From assembly GCF_024521635.1 (NCBI RefSeq), contig NW_026250413.1, forward strand, positions 806,001 to 870,000: a stretch of 64,000 nucleotides of DNA, written 5' to 3'. Numbering within the stretch: the first letter of the stretch is position 1; each line of letters begins with the position of its first letter. Source of the stretch: Tricharina praecox (taxonomy: Eukaryota). A program made the translations under genes and the position numbers. Of the stretch, positions 52,601-61,400 are shown one piece after another. The notes below the pieces were generated by a model, which was given only the letters and a program-made list of their open reading frames with translations, was not told where the DNA came from and made no database searches.

Positions 52601-53466
52601 AGCCACTCCCTGAGGGCCTCAAGTTCTTTCTCTGACAGGGCATAGATAGGACCCCATGGAGGAGTCTCTCCTTCCTTGAGATCGATTGCGTAGTCGTAGG
52701 ACTTGTGGTCGGGAAGCTTATCGGCTGCTTCCTTGCTCATGATGTTGGCATATCGTCTGAACTTCTCCGGAAGCAGATTCATGGGTGGATCTGATTCCGG
52801 CCCAGCTGAGACGTATCCAATAATGCGAGCCTCCGAATTGTGAATGACAGACGTGTCAAGTTCCATCGGAAAGCTGGTTGCTTGTTGCAAGGTGCATTGT
52901 TCCTTGCATCGGGTGCTGGTGAAGCGAATTTTCTGTGCTTCATTCTTCCACAACCCTGTCGGTTCATGCTTAGCCATCCACCAATACGGGAGGTAGGCAT
53001 CGCAGTCGTCCAAGGGAGCCACTTCAAAGGTTTCGTTGGTGTAGTGGCTCCGGTGTTGAAGGAGCATCGGCATTGTATAATATTCCCCGGCTCCTTCCAC
53101 TATGGTTCCGTGGAAGTCCTTGATTTCCACCGGCTTGGGTCGTTGAATGAGGGGCAACCCAAGTTCTCGTGCAAGGCTTCGTTTGATGATCGGAATGGCA
53201 CATCCTGTGTCAAGGAGTACTCGGATCCGTCGTCGCTTGTACTCAGACCAGAGGAGCATCATTTCTATGATTGGTTGTGGTCCGCTGACAGGTTTTGGGG
53301 GCTTACACCCTGAGGCGCTCGGCGCGGTTGGACTCGTAGAAATAGGTTGGTCCGTTCGTCTTCGCTTATCTCTGGATTCGCTGTCGATATCCTGAGGCCG
53401 TGGTCTCTTCGTTCCGCAAACATATACACTTGGCCGTCCAGTCTGCGGAGTGCTGGGGCCGCTCAA
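49657..53466 (-). CDS. pol: B Pol (PR, RT, RNase H, integrase, chromodomain), probably expressed by -1 frameshift
   Basis: LLDTG; AYIDD; ESDASD; H..H..CAQC; MDFIT/SDRD/TERLN; YLVKW chromodomain; no ATG at ORF start (TTG). Confidence 0.96.
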   Translation of the reverse strand: MSGPSTPQTGRPSVYVCGTKRPRPQDIDSESRDKRRRTDQPISTSPTAPSASGCKPPKPVSGPQPIIEMMLLWSEYKRRRIRVLLDTGCAIPIIKRSLARELGLPLIQRPKPVEIKDFHGTIVEGAGEYYTMPMLLQHRSHYTNETFEVAPLDDCDAYLPYWWMAKHEPTGLWKNEAQKIRFTSTRCKEQCTLQQATSFPMELDTSVIHNSEARIIGYVSAGPESDPPMNLLPEKFRRYANIMSKEAADKLPDHKSYDYAIDLKEGETPPWGPIYALSEKELEALREWLKEMLQTGKIRRSKSPAGAPILFVLKAHGRGLRLCVDYRGINKITVANRYPLPIMAELQDRVRGAKVFTKIDLKNGYHLIRIKEGDEWKTAFRCRYGLFEFLVMPFGLTNAPATFQDMINHIFWDMLDLGLVAYIDDLLVYAKTHEEHDKIVIEVLKRLEENKLAISPEKCVWSTGRVEFLGYVISQDGIEMAKDKVESVLSWEAPRSLKEVQAFLGFANFYRRFIKEFSKITRPLTESTKEKGKDWRWTAEMELAFEELKSRFTTAPILGHFNPELPVVVESDASDFALGAVLSQRTEDGKLHPVAFHSRKFTPAEINFEIHDKELLAIVDSFKRWRQYVEGAKHQIQVYSDHQNLQYFTTTKVLNRRQARWAQELAGIDFKIYYRPGSQNGKPDALSRRPEYRPEKGGGEDQPITTILHKSHFAGGDPRVSSISTGGESTVFLVSSTRLHSIPVPKWNEEFLGWVRKAGKEDAGYQEALSSIKDTNEDAAQKDTESEGRKAWELAAESRDSGRMGRKARILRMEEGCLYRKERLWVPDDKELVRHILESEHDTKVAGHMGQDKTIELIRRNFWWPKMDEQIIDFVRSCAQCQKDKATRHQPYGLLNPLELPYTPWQSIAMDFITDLPESNGCDQLWVVVDRFTKMAHFIPLPKDGKIAEDLAKIFAREIWRFHGLPADIVSDRDSRFTSGTWKEFIRLLGIKPRMSTAFHPQTDGQTERLNQTIEAYLRSFVNYEQNDWVNLLPMAEFAYNNSVTSATGMSPFYANFGYHPSARNPAAANSLNPASKVYAHWMHTVHEENIKTLERTRERMRKYADQHRQEAPAYQVGDLVMLNGRNIQTRRPSRKLDHKNHGPFQIEKIVSPLAVKLTLPRKWKIHNVFHVSLVEPFRAGTRAPPDPSQILREADDVEGNEEYDVDEVMGSSKKGRRVLYLVKWLNYPERRGWTNEPFDNFSVGGREKLREFHRKNPDAPRDYRLTDE

Positions 53467-55466
53467 AAATCCTCCGGCTCACTCTCATTCCTTTCCCAGA
53501 ATGGAGGGGCCTCCGTCATTGCTTCATCCTCCACCACAACCGCCGCAGCCTTGTGTTGCTTGGACCTCGGTCGAGTGGGTTCGGCATCCTGGGTGTCCCG
53601 CTTTCTCTTTGTCACGGATGACACCTTTGGACTCTCGGGGAGTTCGGTACCCGCGACTGTTTTTCTGGCGTAGCATTGGAAGGTTCGGTGGCCGTCTCGT
53701 CCGCAACGCCAACAGTCGCACTTGGATGCTTTGTGGGCATCGATCTCCTTCTGGGGAACCCCTACCAGAGCCTCCTTTGCTCCTGCGTAGATGTCCCCTT
53801 CCCTTGTCCTTCCCTTCCTGACTCCTGTTGCTTCCTTGGCCTTTCGGCCCTCCGGGGACTCCCCGCTTTCCTTGCGGCCCCCGGGGTCTCTTCCCTTTCC
53901 TTGGCCCTGCCGGCCGTTGCCAGGTCCCTTCCGGTCGCCGCCGGAACCCTGGCTACCCGATCCCCCTTTCCTCATTGCCCTTGCCTTTTTCAGCGCGTCC
54001 CGTCGTTCCACATGGTTGCCAGCCCTGAGCACCGTTTCCAGGAAGTCTTCATCGTCTTCGTAGGGTCCATGGTGCTGGTTGAAGCACATATCAACGATGT
54101 CGGTAGTCATGGCCTGGTTGACTATGTCTTGTAGCGGTTCGCCGGTGGCGCGAGCGATCATGTTGAGCGATCGGAAGGAGGTCATGTAAGCCTGAATGTC
54201 TCCTTTGTATTCGAGGGCCCACATCCTTCTTAATGCGTTCGCTCCTTCCTGCGTGTCGCGGTACGCCTCCTTGAGTGCCTCTTGGTACGCCTGCCAGGTA
54301 TCTTCCAAGTGTAGCTGCCTCAGGCTTTTTCGACGGGCCTGATGCCATTCTGCCGCTGTCCCTTCCAGTCGGGATCCCACCCACACTATCTTCTGCTGCT
54401 CGTTTGTCTCTGGGTGGAACTCAAGATATTCTTCAACTGAGTCCCACCATGGACGGAAGGCTGTTCTTTGCTTGCCATCGAACGGCTTGGGCTCTTTAAT
54501 TTTAAGCTTGATGGCCCTCGGGTTCGATGCGGAGACGGCAGCAGCGATGATCCGAGCGAAGCGACTCTCTTCGTCTTCGTCGTCTTCTCTTGGTAGCGGA
54601 GCGTGTCGGTGACGGGGCGGCGAACGACGCGGCAAGGGGATGGAATCGTCATCATCCGATGGTCCCTCATCCGAGGGATCACCTCCAAGGTTAGTCACCG
54701 GACGTCTTGGGGGTGGAGGAGGAGGGGACATTCCTGCACCTGCCGGAGTTTCCCTTGTTGCTGACCTTTCTGCCCGCGATCCTCCTCTTGGGGTAGTGTT
54801 TACCCACTCCGGGGCCTTTTCCTTCGCCTTCCCTGTCCTTACCTCTACAGCCTTCAATTTTTTCTCTGCTCGAGCGATTTTTTCCTTGATTCGCTGTTGC
54901 TCCTTGTAGAGGTATTCTGCCTTCTCTTCCTGTTTCCCTGCCCAAATTTCCACGTTGCGGTTGTACACCGCTTGCTCCCTGCGTTGTTCGACTTGCGCCG
55001 TTTCGAGGAACACGATGGCGTCTTGTAGCCGAGCGTTTGCGACGCTTTGCAACTCGCAGTTGTCTTCGTCTTTCTGGTTACGTTCTCGAATGACTGCCCA
55101 TACGTCGCTGCTCAGGGCGTGCGTCGCGTTCGCTACCGTTGACACCTCGGTTCGAAGCCATTCTGTATTCATTTCGGCATTGTGAGCGTAGAGGTTGTAC
55201 ACATACTTGACCCCATCGCAGAGTTGTTCGTAGTTCCTTCTGATTTCCTGCATTCGGGAGTCCTCTTCGTTGAACTTCTGATCGCATGCTTGGTAAAGCT
55301 GGCGCAGGTCTCTTTGTGCCGTTTGGTATTGGTGGTTCATCAGCCTGAGCCAGGCTGCCGGGTTTCGTACTTCGACGGTTTCGGATGCTTGCGGGATGCT
55401 AACGAGCGCATTGCTCAGGGTCTGAGAAAGTTCGAGGCGGAGCATGTCGAGGTTTGAGGAGGACAT
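53463..55466 (-). CDS. gag: B Gag (667 aa; coiled-coil N-extension, CCHC knuckle)
   Basis: IKEPKPFDGK, SRLEGTAAEWH, CWRCGRDGHRTFQC. Confidence 0.93.
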   Translation of the reverse strand: MSSSNLDMLRLELSQTLSNALVSIPQASETVEVRNPAAWLRLMNHQYQTAQRDLRQLYQACDQKFNEEDSRMQEIRRNYEQLCDGVKYVYNLYAHNAEMNTEWLRTEVSTVANATHALSSDVWAVIRERNQKDEDNCELQSVANARLQDAIVFLETAQVEQRREQAVYNRNVEIWAGKQEEKAEYLYKEQQRIKEKIARAEKKLKAVEVRTGKAKEKAPEWVNTTPRGGSRAERSATRETPAGAGMSPPPPPPRRPVTNLGGDPSDEGPSDDDDSIPLPRRSPPRHRHAPLPREDDEDEESRFARIIAAAVSASNPRAIKLKIKEPKPFDGKQRTAFRPWWDSVEEYLEFHPETNEQQKIVWVGSRLEGTAAEWHQARRKSLRQLHLEDTWQAYQEALKEAYRDTQEGANALRRMWALEYKGDIQAYMTSFRSLNMIARATGEPLQDIVNQAMTTDIVDMCFNQHHGPYEDDEDFLETVLRAGNHVERRDALKKARAMRKGGSGSQGSGGDRKGPGNGRQGQGKGRDPGGRKESGESPEGRKAKEATGVRKGRTREGDIYAGAKEALVGVPQKEIDAHKASKCDCWRCGRDGHRTFQCYARKTVAGTELPESPKVSSVTKRKRDTQDAEPTRPRSKQHKAAAVVVEDEAMTEAPPFWERNESEPEDF

Positions 55467-56995
55467 TTTCGATAGAAATCGGTGACTGTAACCTTAAGAT
55501 TATAGTGTGAGACTGGGACGGGTTTGTGTCGTCGGAGTCTATAGTAAAATCGAGGATAGAATAAAAGTCAGGGATTTCGATAATTCACAACGGAATAATC
55601 TTAAGGGTGTTTGTTCGATGGTTTGTTCGGTGCGATGATTGTAGTTTGTTCGGTTGCCCGCTCGGTTCGACTTATAGTCGTCCCGATCCTCAGCACGTGA
55701 TTCCTCTAGAGTGCGGCCTAACGTGGCTCCGTTGCTTCCTTTGCATCGGAGTTCCGCGGCCTAGCCTTGAGTCGTCGTCAGCTCTCTTCGGATAGTCTTC
55801 TCGACTAGGCAGGTGGTAAACACCACGCGCCCAAGATAGATCGGAGTTTCCGAGCAATTATCTCCCTCATGCGCCGGCAGAGTTCTTCGCTCGAAGTTGT
55901 CTGCCCCCATCGGTCGATGTTCGATTCTCTCGTCATAACAGTTTTTTCCTGGATCGGAGTTCCTACTGCGGGGCCCTATGATCGGAGATCTCAAAGTCCT
56001 CTGGACTGTTATCCCGATCTCCCGCATCTCCGATCACTGTCTAGACTCTGGAATCCGTTTGCTCCCTCCTTCCTATCTGTCCTTGATCGCTTCTAACTAT
56101 ACTTTCGGCTCGCAACTCTATTCTAATCACCCGGACTATCTAATCACATCTCTTGCAACCGTCGTGACCTCCGATACCTATCGGGGTGTCACACTGTACC
56201 TGTTGCTCTTCGTTCGTGTCAGTTCAGATGTCAAGCTCAAAGTCGCAACGGGGGTGGTAGCCTAGGTTGGCAAAAAACGGGGACAGGGTGGTGGTGTCGG
56301 ATGCCTGGTTGTTGCCAGCAAACTCTGCCAAGAATAGGTAGTCGACCCAGTCATCCTGCAGGTAGCTCACATATGCTCGGAGGTGTTGTTCCATTACTGC
56401 ATTCATTCTCTCTGTTTGACCGTCCGTCTGCGGGTTGAACGCCGTGGAGAGCCGTGCGTCGATCTTGAGGCAAAAGCATAGATGTTTCTAAAATCGTGAT
56501 GCAAACTGGGGGCCCCGGTCCGTTACGATGGTGTCGGGTAGTCCGTGGTATCTGAAGATTCGATCGCAGAATAGTTCGGCGAGCCCCTCGGAGGTGATGA
56601 TCGTTTTGCAGGGGAGCAGGTGTCGTTGCTTGGTGAGGCGGTCCACTAACAAGCAAATGGCATCGAATCCTTTTGAGGGAGGGAGTCCGGTTACGAAGCC
56701 GACGGAGATATGTTGCCAGGGTTTCTCGGGTACTGGGAGTGTCACGGCTCGCGACGGGACGTTCGAGGAAGAGTCGGAACAGGGGTGGGAAGGCAGCGCG
56801 GGGGCAGCGCAAGGGGCTGCGCGGGCGGCAATGCAGGAATGAGCCGGAGGAATTGGGGCTGTGTGCAGTAAGCAGGGGTAGTGCGGCTGCGCAGGGTATG
56901 AGTCACGGAAGCGGGGTACTGGCAAGGTGGATTTCTCAGGGTCTGGCACACGCCCACGGTTTTTGTCAGGTTGCGAGAAGAAGTGGAGGGTTTCC

Positions 56996-57003
56996 TATAT
57001 AAA
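56996..57003 (+). promoter_or_regulatory. TATA box of the family-A LTR
   Basis: TATATAAA, present in all four full A LTRs, 39 nt upstream of the predicted self-primer/TSS. Confidence 0.65.
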
Positions 57004-57288
57004 CGGGCCGTTGCCCCTCTGTACTTAGTTCTTCACGCAACAACTTGTTAATTCAATCACTGTTACCTCTGTCCTTGCCTCGGCTGCCGTCTGCGCCGTA
57101 GTCCTTGTCCCTGTCTCTGTTCTCAGTTGCCGTCCGCACTGAGCCCTGCCTCACCTTGTCCTCTGAACCTGTCTTGTCTCTGCCGAACCTAGAACCCGAT
57201 TCCGAGCCCGACTTCGCTACCTGGAGCCTTGCCCGACCGTGCCGTTACATTTTGTTGCGTCGCCCATCTCTCCACCTAGCGAAGAACC

Positions 57289-58479
57289 ATGGCCACCAAT
57301 ACCCCAGCACCAGACCCTCCCCAGCAGGAGGAAGTACTGGTGGCACCCCCCTACTGTCGAGAAATTCCCGCCACCGTCTACGAACAACTCGAGATCATCG
57401 TTAACCACGACTCACCCGCCAACAATGCAACACTGTCGGGGTTGTATAACCAGTTCCAAATCATAGCCCGTGCAATCACCCAATCCCCCACAGCAGCACC
57501 CACCTGGCGAATAGACGACCTCGAAGAACAACTTGCCAACTCCCGTCGTATCGCCAACCGTCTCGCCACACTAGAAACCCAACCCCAGGGCCGCGCCGAG
57601 CGCGTCCCGGAGCCAGCCATGTTCGATGGCACTCGAGAGAAGCTCGAAGGGTTCGTTGCCCAGCTTCGACTCAAACTATACAGCGACCCTACCCGTTTCC
57701 CGTCCCCAGCACTTAGAATGGCCTACACCTTCAACCGTCTCGAAGGCCGTGCCCAAGCCCAGATACTGCCGTACATCCAGAACAACGTGATCAGCTTGAC
57801 CGACGCCGATGCCATGGTCACCATCCTCGAAAACGCCTTCGGCGATCCCGACCCAGCAGCCACCGCACGCGCCGAACTTCACCGCCTCAAGCAAGGGAAC
57901 AAGGACTTTACGTCTTACTTTGCGGAGTTTCAAAGACTCGTGTCCAAGCTGAACTGGGACGAGCATGCCAAACTCGATGCACTCCGCGAAGGAGTCTCCA
58001 TCGAGCTCCACCGACAACTGGTGGGCCGCACTCAGGGACTCACCTACAACCAGTTCGTGGCTCTCTGCCAGAGCCTCGATTCCGAGCTACGTGCCCTCAA
58101 ACTCCGTGAAGGCCGCCGCAACCCCCCGCGACAAAACCACACCCCGCAACCTCCAGCTCCGCCGAGGAATCAAACCCATAACAGTACACCACCGGCAACC
58201 ACTGCAACCGGAACAGCCCCAGGGGCTATGGACCTCAGCGCGAACAGTCGCAAGATCTCTGATCAAGAACGAGCTGCGCGTCTCCGCGAGGGTCGCTGCC
58301 TATACTGTGGAGGCAGTGGCCACATGGCCCGACACTGCCCGAACAAGAATCGGAACCCTTTTCGTGCCGCAGCTGCACAGCTGATGCACGAGCAACCTGG
58401 AACCCTGACCCCCGACCACCCATACCACAATTGCAACCAGAATTGTGGCGACAACCAAGGGCAGTCGGGAAAAGCCTAG
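57289..58479 (+). CDS. gag: A2 Gag (396 aa)
   Basis: Differs from A1 Gag at only two residues (S/N, H/R). Confidence 0.95.
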   Translation: MATNTPAPDPPQQEEVLVAPPYCREIPATVYEQLEIIVNHDSPANNATLSGLYNQFQIIARAITQSPTAAPTWRIDDLEEQLANSRRIANRLATLETQPQGRAERVPEPAMFDGTREKLEGFVAQLRLKLYSDPTRFPSPALRMAYTFNRLEGRAQAQILPYIQNNVISLTDADAMVTILENAFGDPDPAATARAELHRLKQGNKDFTSYFAEFQRLVSKLNWDEHAKLDALREGVSIELHRQLVGRTQGLTYNQFVALCQSLDSELRALKLREGRRNPPRQNHTPQPPAPPRNQTHNSTPPATTATGTAPGAMDLSANSRKISDQERAARLREGRCLYCGGSGHMARHCPNKNRNPFRAAAAQLMHEQPGTLTPDHPYHNCNQNCGDNQGQSGKA

Positions 58480-61400
58480 ACCAACAACTGCTTGATGGCA
58501 CCGTTGTTGGTCGTACCCAGGATAAGTCTTTTTCTCCCTTTTCTACTCATTTTCGTTTGTCCAATTTGTCAGTGTCTGGGATGGTAGTGGAGGAATCATC
58601 AATGGAAGGAAAACATCTCGTTGTACTATGTAACCTTTCGTTTGGTGACAAAACCATTGCCACGCATGCGCTGATCGATTGTGGAGCAACCGGAATCGCC
58701 TTTGTAGACAAAGACTTCGCCCGCCATCACAACCTACCCCTTGTACCCCTTGAATCCCCGCGCGCCCTTGAGGTCATCGACGGCCGCCCCATCGAGTCCG
58801 GCGACATCACACACGTTGCCACCACCACCCTGTCAATCCAAGAGCACCACGAAGAACTCCCGATGTTCGTCACCAAACTGGGGCACTACCCAATCGTACT
58901 CGGAATTCCCTGGACGGACCTACACGACGTGGCCATCCGATTCAGCTCACGCACCCTCACCTTTGGTTCCCAATATTGCACTGCACACTGCAATACGGTA
59001 CCCACAGTAGCCCACGGTATCACCACAGACCCACCGGAACTACCTTACGCTCTCGCACCAAACGTAGCTCTGGAGGAGCCAGCGGTAAGCGCGGGGGCCG
59101 GCGACATCGTGGCCCGATGCGTTACGTCTCCCCAGATCAATGAACACCAGCAGGATGCTAACCAGAGAAAACCCACGGTCAGAATCTCAGCCCTCCGAAT
59201 GAAGCCTTTCCAGCAGATGGCAGAAAAGGAGAACCTCACCATCTTCACCACGACCCTGAGGGAGATCAATGAAGTTCTATCTGAAGAAAAACAGAGCTCA
59301 ACCGCCCACATTCTTCCCGAATATCACGAATTTCTCCACCTCTTCTCCGAAAGGTTGGCGCAGAACCTACCACCCCATCGGCAATACGACCACAAGATCC
59401 CACTAAAGGAAGGATTTGTGCCCCCTTACGGACCCCTCTATTCGCTCTCCAAAACCGAGCTGGTCGCACTCAAGGAATGGCTTGACGACAATCTGAGCAA
59501 GGGATTTATCCGTGCGTCCTCATCACCAGCGGCATCACCGATCCTGTTTGTCAAAAAGTCGGACGGCTCCTTGCGACTGTGTGTGGACTATCGAGGCCTG
59601 AACGAAGGAACCATCAAGAACCGCTACCCACTTCCCCTGCTCCAGGAAACCTTGATGCGACTGTCCGGTGCAAAGTATTTTACAACACTGGATATCCGCG
59701 GTGCTTACAACCTGGTACGAATGGCAGAAGGGGAGGAATGGAAAACGGCCTTCCGGACCCGCTACGGACTTTTCGAATCATTGGTAATGCCTTTCGGGCT
59801 AACCAACGCGCCAGCCGACTTCCAAGCCCTGATCAACGACGTTTTACGACCGTTCCTGGACGACTTCTGTACCGCTTCCTAGATCACGTCTTTATCTACA
59901 GCGCGTCACTGGAAGAACACCGAACACAGGTCACCAAAGTGCTACGCGCCCTTTCATCGGCCGGACTGCATTTAAAACCGGAGAAATGCCACTTCCACCA
60001 GACGGAGGTCAAATACCTGGGCCTGATCATAACCACGGAGGGTATTAAGATGGATCCTGCCAAAGTCTCTTGCGTACTCGAATGGGAAAAACCGACGACG
60101 GTAACGGATGTGCAGTGTTTTTTGGGCTTCGCGAACTTCTACCGACGCTTTATCCAGGACTACTCTAAGGTGGTATCTCCCCTGACGGCAATGACAAAAA
60201 AGGAAAATGGGAAGTACGTCCCCTTCGAATGGGGTATTGACCAACAGCAAGCCTTCGACACTCTCAAGACTGCCTTCACTAGCGCCCCGACCCTCCGACA
60301 TTTCGACTACGACCGAGAAATAGTGGTGGAAACTGATGCCTCGGATTACGTATCGGCCGGTATCCTCTCCCAGTACGACGACGATGGAATCTTGCATCCA
60401 GTTGCCTTCTATTCAAAGAAACACTCCCCGGCGGAATGCAATTACGAAATCTACGACAAAGAATTGTTGGCGATTGTTCGGGCCTTTGAAGAATGGAGAC
60501 CACACCTTGAAGGAGCCGCGCACCCGATCCAAGTCCTGAGCGACCACAAGAACCTGGAATACTTCATGTCAACCAAGTTGCTCAACCGCCGGCAAGCACG
60601 ATGGTCGGAATTCCTGTCGCGTTTCGGCTTCAAAATCGTCTATCGACCTGGTAAAGCAGGAGGGAAACCGGATGCATTGACAAGGAGGTCCGGAGACCTC
60701 CCTAAGGAGGGGGATGAAAGACTGCTGGCGAACCAACAAGCAGTCCTCAAGCCCCAAAACCTGCCGGAAGAATTGAGATTGTCAGCAACCAACCCGTTGG
60801 AAGTACCCCGTCCCGCACTCTCTACCCTGATAACCAAAGCATATCAGGCAGATCCAGTGCCGAACAAGATCCTCCAACTGCTCAGAAACGGAACACGCCA
60901 CTCAAAGGACATCTCGCTCGCCGACTGCAGCGAAGTCAACGGACAATTACATTACCACGATTGCCTCTACGTTCCTGAACACGACCCACTCAGACTTCGC
61001 CTGATCCATGACCACCACGGCCCGCCGGCTATGGGCCATCCCGGAAGAGCAAAAACCTTGGAACTCCTGGCCCGGAACTACTAATGGCCCCAGATGCGGA
61101 AGGACGTTGACTGATTCGTGAGGAACTGCCACACTTGCAGACGAACCAAAGCAACAAGACACGCCCCCTACGGTGTGCTCCGCCCACTCCCAGTACCCGA
61201 GAAACCCTGGCAACATATATCCGTCGACTTCGTAACCGGACTCCCTCCCTCAAAAGGATTCGATGCCATTTGCGTATTTGTGGACCGCCTCACCAAGCAA
61301 CGACACCTGCTCCCCTGCAACACGACCATCACCTCCGAGGGACTCGCCGAACTATTTTGCGATCGGATCTTCAGATACCACGGACTACCCGACACCATCG

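Larger units (their letters stand above)
48826..56193 (-). mobile_element. Ty3/Gypsy chromovirus family B, full-length and apparently intact (LTRs 48826-49514, 55506-56193)
   Basis: TSD CTGTA at 48821-25 and 56194-98; PPT GGGAGGGGAGATGG next to the 3' LTR; uninterrupted gag and pol. Confidence 0.97.
48752..56739 (-). mobile_element. Older family-A integrase fragment (A0): 48752-48825 + 56194-56739, split by element B and clipped by A1 and A2 LTRs
   Basis: Collinear with A1 43690-44304; [35 protein letters not shown]. Confidence 0.92.

Noticed and set aside
48752-56739. Inversion mediated by the inverted A1/A2 copies
   Set aside because: AGTAG does not match the reverse complement of GGGAG, so the TSDs are not swapped
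58520-58572. Pyrimidine tract ending in CAG at the start of A pol as a splice acceptor
   Set aside because: No convincing donor/branch site; the -1 frameshift cassette already explains pol expression
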